Shown: in pieces, positions 19,492 to 28,764 of the stretch | Layout of the letters: the number at the start of each line of letters is the position of its first letter | How positions within the stretch are numbered: position 1 is the first letter of the stretch | Source of the DNA: a virus | Lineage: Duplodnaviria; Caudoviricetes | Length of the DNA: 52,280 nt | Strand: one strand, 5' to 3' | IMG/VR virus record: IMGVR_UViG_3300042940_003066 | Location: 1 to 52,280 of that record | Translations under genes and position numbers: made by a program | Notes under the pieces: generated by a model | The model's database searches: none | What the model was told of the DNA's origin: nothing | What the model saw: the letters and a program-made list of their open reading frames with translations, nothing else

Positions 19492-20235
19492 ATGTGGTAC
19501 AGAACAGTTATAGCTCAAATGTCTGATGTTGATCAATTTAATTTAGATGCTGAGAAATATAATAAAATGCTTGAGGAAAAAGCAAAAAAAACTCAGCTTA
19601 AAAAAACAACAAAACCTGTAATAAAACCTGTCACTAAACCAGAATCAACAGAACCTATAATCCCAAAACCCAAACCCGTAGTTCCAAAACCAAGTGCGCC
19701 AACTTCTAATTCTTCAAAACCAAACAATTTCAAAAATATAATAAATAACCTAGTAGAACTTGAAGGCGGAAAATCTAATTTATCTTATGATAAAGGCGGT
19801 AAAACAAATTTAGGTATCACACAATATACCTATAACAATTGGAATAAAAAACACAATAAACCACTCAAAGATGTTTATAAGATAACAAGACAAGAAGCAG
19901 ATCAAATTTACAAAGAAGAATATTGGAACATTATAAAAGGAGATCAACTACCACCAAATGTTGCGCACATTATGCTTTCACAAGCTCTTCTTGATGGTCC
20001 ACAAGATTCGATAAGACTTGTACAAAAATTATTAGGTTTAAAAGTGGATGGAATTATGGGTTCTGACACTATAAACAAAATAAAAAGACTCACTGTCAAC
20101 GGAGATATAAAACTAGCCACAGCAATAGCAAATAAACAAATTTATAGACTGAAAACTGATGAAGATGCTGATAAATTTGGAAAAGGCTGGAACAGTAGAG
20201 TGAGAAAAGTGATGAAAAAATTTAAAGGAAAATAA
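19492..20235 (+). CDS. MWYR-tagged glycoside hydrolase family 108 lysozyme
   Basis: LEGG...DKGGKTNLGIT, YKEEYW, VDGIMG, FGKGWNSRV; Pro/Lys linker after tag. Confidence 0.88.
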   Translation: MWYRTVIAQMSDVDQFNLDAEKYNKMLEEKAKKTQLKKTTKPVIKPVTKPESTEPIIPKPKPVVPKPSAPTSNSSKPNNFKNIINNLVELEGGKSNLSYDKGGKTNLGITQYTYNNWNKKHNKPLKDVYKITRQEADQIYKEEYWNIIKGDQLPPNVAHIMLSQALLDGPQDSIRLVQKLLGLKVDGIMGSDTINKIKRLTVNGDIKLATAIANKQIYRLKTDEDADKFGKGWNSRVRKVMKKFKGK

Positions 20236-20409
20236 ATGGAAAAAAGAAAATCTTTATTATCGCCTGAACAAGAAAATCTCTTGTCTAAATTTCAAAACAA
20301 TCTTGGTGATAAAGCTACACCACTAGACAACAATCAAAATACAAACAAAAAGGCAAATTCTAATGCAATGAAACCAAACATTAGAAGAAGTGGTAGTAGA
20401 GGAAAGTAA
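20235..20409 (+). CDS. Small basic protein (below ORF-track cutoff; coordinates approximate)
   Basis: MEKRKSLLSPEQE...RRSGSRGK immediately after the lysozyme stop. Confidence 0.45.
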
Positions 20410-20426
20410 TTTTTTAAGGCAAATCT

Positions 20427-21359
20427 ATGGACAAATTTTCACAACTTATTATAGAAGCATATAGAAATCAAAATTTTAGATTTGCTGAAGATCCTACACC
20501 AGAGCCAGAAATTGTAGCACCCCCAGCATTAGATTATTCTGGTTTGTTTACAAAACTGCAAAGCTTAGATGATGTAAAAAAATTAAAGGTATATACAAAT
20601 TTAAAAAGAGCAGGAACCAAATTAAAATCAATTTATAATATTGACTCACAATTACCAATAAAATTAGATTCAACTAAATCTCCAGCTGAATATAGTGACA
20701 ATTCAAATTCTAACACTGGTGAAAAAATACAAACATATTTTTACAGAGTATTTGAATATTTAGTTAATTATTTTGAAAATGAATCTTCTTCTACTCCTTC
20801 AAGTGAATCTACAGCTAAAACTGAAGAATCATCATCTGCTGTTGGTACTGTTCCATCAACTGATTCAAGTTCTGGTGAAACATCAGCTACAACCGAAACT
20901 ACATCAAGTGGCGAAACAACATCTACAACTAATTCAGATACATCGAAAGAACCTGCTGAGAATATCCCACCAATTACAATTAAAGTAAGTGGTAAAGAAT
21001 ATTCGCCAGCTGAATCTATCACACTTGTTAATAGAATAAATATTATTGGCAGTAATCCAAAATGTTCTATAGTCTTAGAAGATGAGTCCGTTACTGATTT
21101 TAATTGCGTTATCCAATTTAAAGATGAAAAATGGATATTATCGAAACAAGCTGATTCAACTTTAGCTTATAACGGGGAATTTGTTGATGAATTCTCAGTG
21201 TTGAACGTAGGCGATTATTTTGTTCCAGGCACCAAGGGTATATACATATTATCGGTGGAGCAAATAGGAACTGATAATGGTGGCTTATTCGGTAGTGATT
21301 CTTCTGATGACTCTAAAAGTTATGGTGGCTTTTTTGGTAGTAGAGGTGGTGGTAGATGA
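20427..21359 (+). CDS. Protein with S/T-rich linker and degenerate FHA-like C-terminal domain
   Basis: NIIGSNPKCSIVLEDESVTDFNCVI...WIL...LAYNGE. Confidence 0.6.
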   Translation: MDKFSQLIIEAYRNQNFRFAEDPTPEPEIVAPPALDYSGLFTKLQSLDDVKKLKVYTNLKRAGTKLKSIYNIDSQLPIKLDSTKSPAEYSDNSNSNTGEKIQTYFYRVFEYLVNYFENESSSTPSSESTAKTEESSSAVGTVPSTDSSSGETSATTETTSSGETTSTTNSDTSKEPAENIPPITIKVSGKEYSPAESITLVNRINIIGSNPKCSIVLEDESVTDFNCVIQFKDEKWILSKQADSTLAYNGEFVDEFSVLNVGDYFVPGTKGIYILSVEQIGTDNGGLFGSDSSDDSKSYGGFFGSRGGGR

Positions 21360-21396
21360 AGATAATCTCATGGTATAATAATATTGAGGTAAAAAA

Positions 21397-21744
21397 ATGA
21401 AAATCTTAATCCCTTTTATTGTATTATTAAATGCAACAACAATTCATTCTGTAATTAAGTTTGAACAATTCAAATTTTCTGGAGCTAAATACTTCACTCT
21501 CACTGGCACAAACAGAGTGGATCATGTTTACGATAGATTAAGAGATGTTCTTTCTTCAGATGCAAAATCAGATGATGTCTCAACTAAGAAAGTTAATGGA
21601 GCCTGGTGCGTAACAGTGAAAGATAATGTATTTGTAACTGTTACTTCTACAGACTCAATGTTCCATAAAACAGCACCAAAGAAACTTGCTGAAACTTGGG
21701 CTTTCAATCTTAAGTCTAATCTTGATTCTGTAAAACCAAGATAA
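21397..21744 (+). CDS. Secreted hypothetical protein
   Basis: GAGG RBS, N-terminal signal-like sequence. Confidence 0.6.
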   Translation: MKILIPFIVLLNATTIHSVIKFEQFKFSGAKYFTLTGTNRVDHVYDRLRDVLSSDAKSDDVSTKKVNGAWCVTVKDNVFVTVTSTDSMFHKTAPKKLAETWAFNLKSNLDSVKPR

Positions 21745-21760
21745 TCTCGGAATGGTTAAC

Positions 21761-21796
21761 AAAAAAAAGATGCGCTGTTTTGGCGCATCTTTTTTT
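21761..21796. terminator. Bidirectional intrinsic terminator
   Basis: AGATGCGC/GCGCATCT stem flanked by A and T tracts. Confidence 0.8.
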
Positions 21797-21811
21797 ATGT
21801 CTAACCATTCC

Positions 21812-22780
21812 TTATCTTACTGGAAATCCAGCTTGATCAAGAATCTGCTGACCTGTTGGGTAGTAGCTCTTACCCCATAAGAAGTTGTTTGGGTTGATTG
21901 TTGTATCAAACTTGAAGAATTTTGCATGACCATCAGCAAAGACATAATTGCTTCCACCAGTATGGCGACCTGGTTCCATAAAGCGGGTGTGATAGCCTGT
22001 GTCTGCAGATACCGATCTGCATCCACCTGTGCCATTTGCACTAGTAGTGTCCGATCCACCACCCCAACCAAGAGCGCCTTCAGCTTCAAACTTTGTGATT
22101 GCAAAGATTGGACCTGTTGCATCTGCAAAGTTCTGTCCAGCCCACTGACCGCCACTTGCTGTACGCATCATGGCGTTAACTGGTCTGTGAGATTTGTTAC
22201 GCTTTTCTACGTTTGTCTGACCACTTGAACCAAGAAGGATACAGTTGAGGTTGCTGGTCATTTCTGCAATCGCAATTACATCTGCTGGTGCATCTACTGC
22301 AGCAATTGAAACAATGTTAGGAGCATCTTGTGGACCACGCTTGCGGGGAAGAATAGCAGAGTTTGGAATGTAAGAAAGACGAGGAACCTGTGCCTCACAC
22401 CCAAGAGTAACTAAATCAAGCCAGTTTGCACATGGTGGGTTGTCAGGACGAACACCCTTGTTTGGATCTGATGGACATACCCACACTTGCTCATTCTTGA
22501 TATAAGGATGAATCATAGCTGTAAAGTGAACATAACCACCAGTAGAACCACCATTAGTTGTAGCTGTATTGTTCTTATAAAAATAAGCAGTTGGATAAGT
22601 CTCATCATAATCTTGGGTATACATCATGAGACCTAAACCAATTTGCTTCTCATTAGACAAACAACTAGCAGAACGAGCCTTGTCGCGAGCCTGTGCAAAA
22701 ACAGGGAAGAGGATTGCTGCCAAAATCGCAATGATAGCGATGACAACAAGTAATTCAATTAAAGTAAAAGCTTTTTTCAT
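21812..22780 (-). CDS. Prepilin-type N-methylation domain protein (DUF1559, H-X9-DG motif)
   Basis: [29 protein letters not shown]...CLSNEKQIG...YTQDYDE; [15 protein letters not shown]. Confidence 0.95.
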   Translation of the reverse strand: MKKAFTLIELLVVIAIIAILAAILFPVFAQARDKARSASCLSNEKQIGLGLMMYTQDYDETYPTAYFYKNNTATTNGGSTGGYVHFTAMIHPYIKNEQVWVCPSDPNKGVRPDNPPCANWLDLVTLGCEAQVPRLSYIPNSAILPRKRGPQDAPNIVSIAAVDAPADVIAIAEMTSNLNCILLGSSGQTNVEKRNKSHRPVNAMMRTASGGQWAGQNFADATGPIFAITKFEAEGALGWGGGSDTTSANGTGGCRSVSADTGYHTRFMEPGRHTGGSNYVFADGHAKFFKFDTTINPNNFLWGKSYYPTGQQILDQAGFPVR

Positions 22781-22872
22781 TTTTTTATTTCCTTTTATTT
22801 AGGACCAAAATATTATTCCCAATTTAAAAGAGAGAAATATTAAGAACTATTTAATATAAGGATTTAAAAACA

Positions 22873-23118
22873 TTAAGGCATTTGATTGCTAGTCCACTCG
22901 GGACCAGAAAGAATAGCTAAAATCTCTTCGTAAGTGTACAAATCAGTTTTTGTTGTAAGAGCATCAATACAAGGTGGAGCAGTGGGACCATCCCATTTGA
23001 CAAATGTTTTTAAACCATCAACAGATTTTCTAACAGTGTCCGCGCTAGTTTCCAAAACTTGACTAAAATCAATCAAACCCAATTCAGTAACATCAAAAAT
23101 AACAAAAGTTCTTTCCAT
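22873..23118 (-). CDS. Small phage protein (tail-fibre-associated type)
   Basis: TVRKSVDGLKTFVKW...YTYEEILAILSGPEWT. Confidence 0.6.
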   Translation of the reverse strand: MERTFVIFDVTELGLIDFSQVLETSADTVRKSVDGLKTFVKWDGPTAPPCIDALTTKTDLYTYEEILAILSGPEWTSNQMP

Positions 23119-23249
23119 AAAAACTGTACCTCATATTTAGAATAATATAGATTATATACAGCATACTTAAAAACAAATAAAAGGTGACAATCCTAATACA
23201 AAAGAAATTCTATATATTATAAGTGGAATTGCATAACAAAGAAACAAAT

Positions 23250-23831
23250 ATGAATATAAATAACTTAATAAAAATAGCAAGAACTTTAGATCATAAAGGC
23301 ATGTATAGAGAAGCTGACAAAATCACCACAGCAATGATGAAAAAAGAAAGCATGTTGCCTTTATTACTTGCTATGATCAGTGCTATAGAACAAGATGTCT
23401 TAATAAATAATTTGAGTAAATATTGGGATGATCAAGATTTATCAAGTGGTTTTGATAAATTTTCCTTAAAGGGAAAGAACAGTATGGGATTTCAATGGGA
23501 CAATTCTGAATTTTTATGGAGAGATTTTTTTCAAAATTTGGAAGAAACTTCTAAGCCCATAAAAAATTTAAAAGAACCAATTTCTATTAGTATGATTGGT
23601 AGTTTTGAAAATGCAGATAAACTCAATATTCCAATATTAGGACAATCCTTCACTTACTATGAATTGAAAGATGAAATCATATCTCGTGCTGCTCAAAGAT
23701 CTAATACGGCAATTAAAATGCATGATAACCTTCAGGGTATTAAGAAACCACTAAGAAATCTTGAAGGACTTCTTGCTGATAGAGATCGACAAAAGATGGA
23801 AGAATCAGGAGACCCAATACCAGAGGAATAA
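23250..23831 (+). CDS. Leader-family protein (LIKIARTLDHKGMYREADKIT)
   Basis: N-terminal helical leader related to the 25413-27398 genes; start reassigned to ATG 23250. Confidence 0.7.
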   Translation: MNINNLIKIARTLDHKGMYREADKITTAMMKKESMLPLLLAMISAIEQDVLINNLSKYWDDQDLSSGFDKFSLKGKNSMGFQWDNSEFLWRDFFQNLEETSKPIKNLKEPISISMIGSFENADKLNIPILGQSFTYYELKDEIISRAAQRSNTAIKMHDNLQGIKKPLRNLEGLLADRDRQKMEESGDPIPEE

Positions 23832-23832
23832 A

Positions 23833-24177
23833 ATGAATAAATTTATCAAAGTAGCATTACTAGAAAATAAAGAACGTCTCGACGCTCAAGAAACACAATT
23901 GGAAGAAGTGAGAACTAATAAAACATATTCTTCAATTAATGATGCACTTGAACAACAACATAAAAATATCAACAAGTCAATAACAGAATCACTAAACAAA
24001 AAATTCAATGATCCTGATAATGAATTCTTTGAGAACTTGTTAGATCAAGCTGGTTTATATTCAAGACAATATAATAAAAATAATAAAACCTTGGGATTTA
24101 TGGTGGATTCAACCAACAAAGGTGTGGACGAAAGACATATCCAAGAAAAACTCAAAGAAAGACACACAAATAAGTAA
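23833..24177 (+). CDS. Hypothetical protein (MNKFIKVA start)
   Basis: ATG 2 nt after previous stop. Confidence 0.6.
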   Translation: MNKFIKVALLENKERLDAQETQLEEVRTNKTYSSINDALEQQHKNINKSITESLNKKFNDPDNEFFENLLDQAGLYSRQYNKNNKTLGFMVDSTNKGVDERHIQEKLKERHTNK

Positions 24178-24443
24178 TTATAAATTAGAATACCACAAGT
24201 CAAATATCTTACAAATCAAAATAAATGACAAAATGATATTTGACATGAAAACATATGCTAATTTGTAATTCTTTCTCTTTTCATTAATAAACTTCCAACA
24301 ATAATACCCACTTACCCACAAACAAAAGTTATATAAAAACCAAGATTCAAAATTGTTTGCTGTATATGCAAAATAGGCATAAATAATAAACTCTATACCG
24401 AAAATAGTAAACATAATATTCTTATAAAAGATGCAGGCTTTTT

Positions 24444-25355
24444 ATGGACAACAGTCAAATAATATCATCTCTCAATGAACTCTCTAATAGTCTTGATCAA
24501 TGCGGTCAATACAAATTTAGTGAAGAGATTGACAATTTAATAAGAATAGCAATTCTTTGGAATGGACCTAAATTAAGATTTGACCATCCAGGCGTAAATG
24601 ACCTTAAAAGAGATGAACTAGAACCATTACCACCACAAAATTTAATGGAAAAAGTATATCAAGAATTCGCTGGATATGGAAAACCATTACCAAGATCATT
24701 AAGAAGTGTTGTTATGCATCCATTAGGATGGAATATCAAAGAGTTTCTTGATGATGTCCTTAAAGATTATAAAAAAGATTCTATTGTAAGTATGGATTTT
24801 ATTAAACTGATTACCACTTCTTCAGAATTTGTAAAAAAATTAGATAAATATCTAAAAGATAGACATTCAATTCGCTATACTTATACTTTTGAAGAAACAC
24901 CAGAAGTTTTCAAAAAAATTCTACAAGAGGGTGAAAACGAACTTGTAGAATCATTGGAAAAAGAATTCAAAAAATTAAAAGGATTATTTGTTTATAATCC
25001 AAACACTAGAATAAATAAAGTGGTACCAGCTCTTCTTGAAATTAAAGAATTATTACCACCTAAATTCTTAGCATATGTAGAAGCTGTAAATGAATGGATA
25101 GATTATCAAAAAAGTTCTGAACTTGAAATGTTTGAAAAACAAGACATGTTTAATGATAACTGGAGATCAAAACCCCAAGCTAGAGATGAATTAAACAACT
25201 ATCTAAAACCAAAAGAAGAAGAAGAAGAAGAATTATCAGTATTCTCAAAATATACAATCAATAAACTTTACAAAATAGCCAACTCATTAGATGAAGCTAA
25301 TCTTTATAAACAAGCTAGCTCAGTTACAAATCTTATGAAAAGAATAGCAGGATAA
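24444..25355 (+). CDS. Leader-family protein with the leader at both termini
   Basis: N-term QIISSLNELSNSLDQCG...; C-term INKLYKIANSLDEANLYKQASSVTNLMKRIA. Confidence 0.75.
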   Translation: MDNSQIISSLNELSNSLDQCGQYKFSEEIDNLIRIAILWNGPKLRFDHPGVNDLKRDELEPLPPQNLMEKVYQEFAGYGKPLPRSLRSVVMHPLGWNIKEFLDDVLKDYKKDSIVSMDFIKLITTSSEFVKKLDKYLKDRHSIRYTYTFEETPEVFKKILQEGENELVESLEKEFKKLKGLFVYNPNTRINKVVPALLEIKELLPPKFLAYVEAVNEWIDYQKSSELEMFEKQDMFNDNWRSKPQARDELNNYLKPKEEEEEELSVFSKYTINKLYKIANSLDEANLYKQASSVTNLMKRIAG

Positions 25356-25356
25356 G

Positions 25357-25383
25357 AAGGAAATGATAATTCCTAAACAGAAT
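25357..25383 (+). promoter_or_regulatory. AAGG-N18-AGAAT putative late promoter
   Basis: Upstream of the MNKRQ gene cluster. Confidence 0.55.
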
Positions 25384-25412
25384 TATTCAATCAAACCTTT
25401 TAAGGAAAAACA

Positions 25413-25907
25413 ATGAATAAAAGACAAATTATAGCTTCTTTAAACAAGATTGCTAATGAACTAGACTCAGCATTATTGTTTGTAGAAGCAAACACAATCA
25501 CAAAAGTAATGACAAAACTTGCTCAAAATATAGATGACACTGATGGGGATTGGAGAGATAGTTTGCTAACCCCACAACAAAAAGCGGATGTTTCAAGAGG
25601 AACACATTTAGAGGGTGTATTTAAAATATTTGAAAAATATTTTAACAAAATGTTTGGTTATCTTTCTGGCTCTAGCGGATCATTTGTAATTATGATGGGA
25701 AAAAATTATTTGAATAATAATGCAGCTGATCAAAGACAAATTAAAGAACTTTATGAATGGAAAACTAGAAATCATGAACCAGGTCTTGATATGGAAAGAG
25801 ATATGGATGCTGAAGTTCTTAAAATGATTAATTTTTTACATGATTTTCAAAAAGAACATGGTCTTCCAAATGAAGTTATGACAGATTTCGTTGGTGCACT
25901 TAAATAA
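25413..25907 (+). CDS. MNKRQIIASLNKIANELD leader protein, unique C-terminus
   Basis: ~38-aa leader shared with next three genes. Confidence 0.8.
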   Translation: MNKRQIIASLNKIANELDSALLFVEANTITKVMTKLAQNIDDTDGDWRDSLLTPQQKADVSRGTHLEGVFKIFEKYFNKMFGYLSGSSGSFVIMMGKNYLNNNAADQRQIKELYEWKTRNHEPGLDMERDMDAEVLKMINFLHDFQKEHGLPNEVMTDFVGALK

Positions 25908-25911
25908 AATC

Positions 25912-26412
25912 ATGAATAAAAGACAAATTATAGCATCCTTAAACAAGATAGCAAATGAACTAGATTTCAATAATCTTTACAAAGAAGCAAACACTATCAC
26001 AACAGTAATGATCAAACTTGCTGAAGATGAATACACTAGATTCCCTGAAGAAATAAAACGAACAGAAGAAGATAGACTTTTAATGGAACCTGTTGAAAAT
26101 AAAATGAATTTTCCACAAAATTATAAAAGATCTACAGAATACTCAGAAAATTTCATTAAGAATTTAAATTCTATGTTGGAAGGAATTAGATCTTCAAATC
26201 GTAAAAAATATGTGCTCAGTCTTATGCCTAGATATTTCAACTTCAATACATCTACAAGAGAAAATTTTGAATCATCAATGATATACGAAGAATATGGTGA
26301 TACAATTCTTGAGATAATAAGTTTCATTAAACAATTTTCAAAAGAAAATGATATATCTGTATTTGAATTACTACCTATCATCGATATGATGTCTGAAGGA
26401 ATTTCAGAATAA
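25912..26412 (+). CDS. MNKRQ leader protein, unique C-terminus
   Basis: Start reassigned to ATG 25912. Confidence 0.8.
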   Translation: MNKRQIIASLNKIANELDFNNLYKEANTITTVMIKLAEDEYTRFPEEIKRTEEDRLLMEPVENKMNFPQNYKRSTEYSENFIKNLNSMLEGIRSSNRKKYVLSLMPRYFNFNTSTRENFESSMIYEEYGDTILEIISFIKQFSKENDISVFELLPIIDMMSEGISE

Positions 26413-26427
26413 CCGTTCAGGAAAATT

Positions 26428-26895
26428 ATGAATAAAAGACAAATTATAGCATCCTTAAACAAGATAGCAAATGAATTAGATTCAGCTTTATTGTTTGTAG
26501 AAGCTAATACAATCACAAAAGTTATGACAAGACTTGCTGATGAATTTGATATGGGAAATGACCCATATAATGTTGAAACAACTCAACCAAAGACTCAATC
26601 AGAAAAACACAATGAAGATTTTCATAAAGAAGTGATGAGAATAATTAATAATGATGATTATAATGATAAAGAAGTAAAAAGAGCAACTGGCACCTTGATA
26701 AATTATCTCTCTGAGCCAGATTCTAGAGAAGAATATCGTGAATCAGTTGAAGATATGTATCCTTTAGGTCGCCCACAACCAAAATCTCAAACATTAAGTA
26801 TTAATCTAATGTATATGACAGACAATTATATCAGAAAAAACAAGCTTTCATATAATCAAATAAAAGACTTGGTTTTCACATTATATTATTTATAA
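26428..26895 (+). CDS. MNKRQ leader protein, unique C-terminus
   Basis: Leader near-identical to 25413. Confidence 0.8.
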   Translation: MNKRQIIASLNKIANELDSALLFVEANTITKVMTRLADEFDMGNDPYNVETTQPKTQSEKHNEDFHKEVMRIINNDDYNDKEVKRATGTLINYLSEPDSREEYRESVEDMYPLGRPQPKSQTLSINLMYMTDNYIRKNKLSYNQIKDLVFTLYYL

Positions 26896-26903
26896 AAAAA
26901 ATC

Positions 26904-27398
26904 ATGAATAAAAGACAAATCTTATCCTCACTTGCAAATGTAGCTGAAAGCTTTGAAAACAGCCACGAAGTTCTTTTAGCTAATGAAATTAATCTCTTAA
27001 TGACTAAATTAGCAGAAAAAGAAGAAGACTGTCCAGAAGCAACACAAGATATTAAATTAAACCTAAAAAATAGACAAAAAGCTATTGATGAAGATGGATA
27101 TGGACCAGCTGACCCATCACAACCAAATGAAAAATTCTGGAAAAAGAAAATGGATATGTGGAAAGTGGATGAGCTGTCAGAAGTGAAGAACATGCTTTGT
27201 GGCAACTGTGCTGCTTTTGATATCACAACAAAAACACTTGATTGCATAGAAAAAGGCATAGGAGAAGAAGCCACAGAAACCATAAAAGCTGGAAAACTTG
27301 GCTACTGCAAATTCCTCAAATTCAAATGCGCATCAAAAAGAACTTGCGATGCTTGGGTGACAGGCGGACCAATCACTGACAAAAAAAAGGGAGAATAA
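26904..27398 (+). CDS. MNKRQ leader protein with Cys-rich metal/Fe-S-binding-like cargo
   Basis: CGNCAAF...GYC...FKC...TCDAW. Confidence 0.75.
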   Translation: MNKRQILSSLANVAESFENSHEVLLANEINLLMTKLAEKEEDCPEATQDIKLNLKNRQKAIDEDGYGPADPSQPNEKFWKKKMDMWKVDELSEVKNMLCGNCAAFDITTKTLDCIEKGIGEEATETIKAGKLGYCKFLKFKCASKRTCDAWVTGGPITDKKKGE

Positions 27399-27678
27399 AA
27401 TCTCCCTTTTTTTATATCTTGTCAATCTTCTTTAATTCAAATAATAAATTCCCAATTACATAATTAGGAATGTTAATCATATCTGCCACCAAAACTCTCA
27501 ACGCATCATTTTTCAAAACAATCAACGCAATCTTTAAAATAATATTCTGATAGTCCTTAGATAATTTTTCCATTCTATAATCCCCTAATGCAAAATTTAT
27601 CTTTTGTTTTTTATTGACTATAGTTTCATTCAATAAATTAGATTTTTATCCTATTAAAATTACTTAACAATAACCAGG

Positions 27679-27940
27679 CAAAAAGGATGGTTACAATTTC
27701 CCAATTTCGAAAAATCTAAGCCACCCCCCCCTATATCCCAAAATTATTAATCTATACCGGGACAAAAAGGATGGTTATTCCTGGGCAAAATGGAAAAAAC
27801 TTAACCACCCCCCCATACCTAAAAAAATAGCCCCCGGTAGACGAAGGCATGTGCTTTTTATTTGACGGGGGTGCGGATCCAGATGGGACCCAAAATGTTT
27901 TACCACCCCCCCTACCTGGAGAATTACCACCCCCCTATAC
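27679..27940. repeat. Non-coding block: 84-bp-spaced duplication of CAAAAAGGATGGTTA...CCACCCCCCC plus two more TACCACCCCCC copies
   Basis: CAAAAAGGATGGTTA at 27679 and 27763; CCA-C-tracts at 27721, 27805, 27903, 27927. Confidence 0.8.
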
Positions 27941-27941
27941 A

Positions 27942-28301
27942 CTATAAACAATACTGTATAGGAATATTATTATAACATAACAAAGACATAGATGCCAAGG
28001 TATTATATTTATCATCCCTGACCACTGGATTATCTAAACAAAATATATCTTCCCTGTAAATAGTTTTCCAAATATGTTTAGCTACATCTGGCTCCACTAT
28101 TATTATAGTTTCTTGTTCTTGACTAGGAAGATACTTAATCTCTTTTATATTGTAGGTTTTTATGCTCAAATCTTTATGCAAATCTACAGGCAGCTTGTCA
28201 ACTACTAATCTTGCTGCAAAGCCTTTTGGAAATATTGTTTCCCATTGATTGTTTATCCACAAAGCAATCACATGGTCTGTTTTATTTAGTATCTTTACCA
28301 T
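27942..28301 (-). CDS. Hypothetical protein
   Basis: ILNKTDHVI...IFPKGFAARL; 119 aa. Confidence 0.6.
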   Translation of the reverse strand: MVKILNKTDHVIALWINNQWETIFPKGFAARLVVDKLPVDLHKDLSIKTYNIKEIKYLPSQEQETIIIVEPDVAKHIWKTIYREDIFCLDNPVVRDDKYNTLASMSLLCYNNIPIQYCL

Positions 28302-28360
28302 TCTTCCATGCCATATATAATATCACACAAGTCCACATTACAACACATAATATTAATGTA

Positions 28361-28633
28361 TTAACCACAATCCCTAAAATATTCATACTTGCCACCTGTT
28401 TCATTGGATGCTATAGCTAACATTTCTTCCCAGGGGCAATAATAGCCTACCATTGTATTTAACACTTTGGATACTATTTCCCATCGCCTACCAGTGGATT
28501 CATCTTTAAAAACAGCCAATGCATCTTTGTCTTTAAACTTAGCATGCTTGCCATTTAAAGGATTTACAAACAAATATACATCAGGGGGTAATGGTAATCT
28601 ATTTTGTAATTCAATAGGGAGTTCTTTCAACAT
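28361..28633 (-). CDS. Hypothetical protein, leaderless
   Basis: GGTATAAT immediately before ATG. Confidence 0.6.
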   Translation of the reverse strand: MLKELPIELQNRLPLPPDVYLFVNPLNGKHAKFKDKDALAVFKDESTGRRWEIVSKVLNTMVGYYCPWEEMLAIASNETGGKYEYFRDCG

Positions 28634-28656
28634 TTAATTATACCGTAGAATAAATT

Positions 28657-28715
28657 TTTGCCAAACATATATGTCGTGGTAAAAACAGAATACCACGCGA
28701 AATTTTTTTGTCAAA
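28657..28715. repeat. Box-N12-hairpin-N12-box element 1
   Basis: TTTGCC-N12-CGTGGTA..TACCACG-N12-GTCAAA. Confidence 0.85.
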
Positions 28716-28764
28716 TTTAATTAGCAAATAAAAAACCCTTGACTTTTGTCAAGGGATATGGTAG

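Noticed and set aside
25413-26540. Diversity-generating retroelement template/variable repeats in the MNKRQ leaders
   Set aside because: Repeats are N-terminal, differences look mostly synonymous rather than adenine-specific, and there is no reverse transcriptase in the window.
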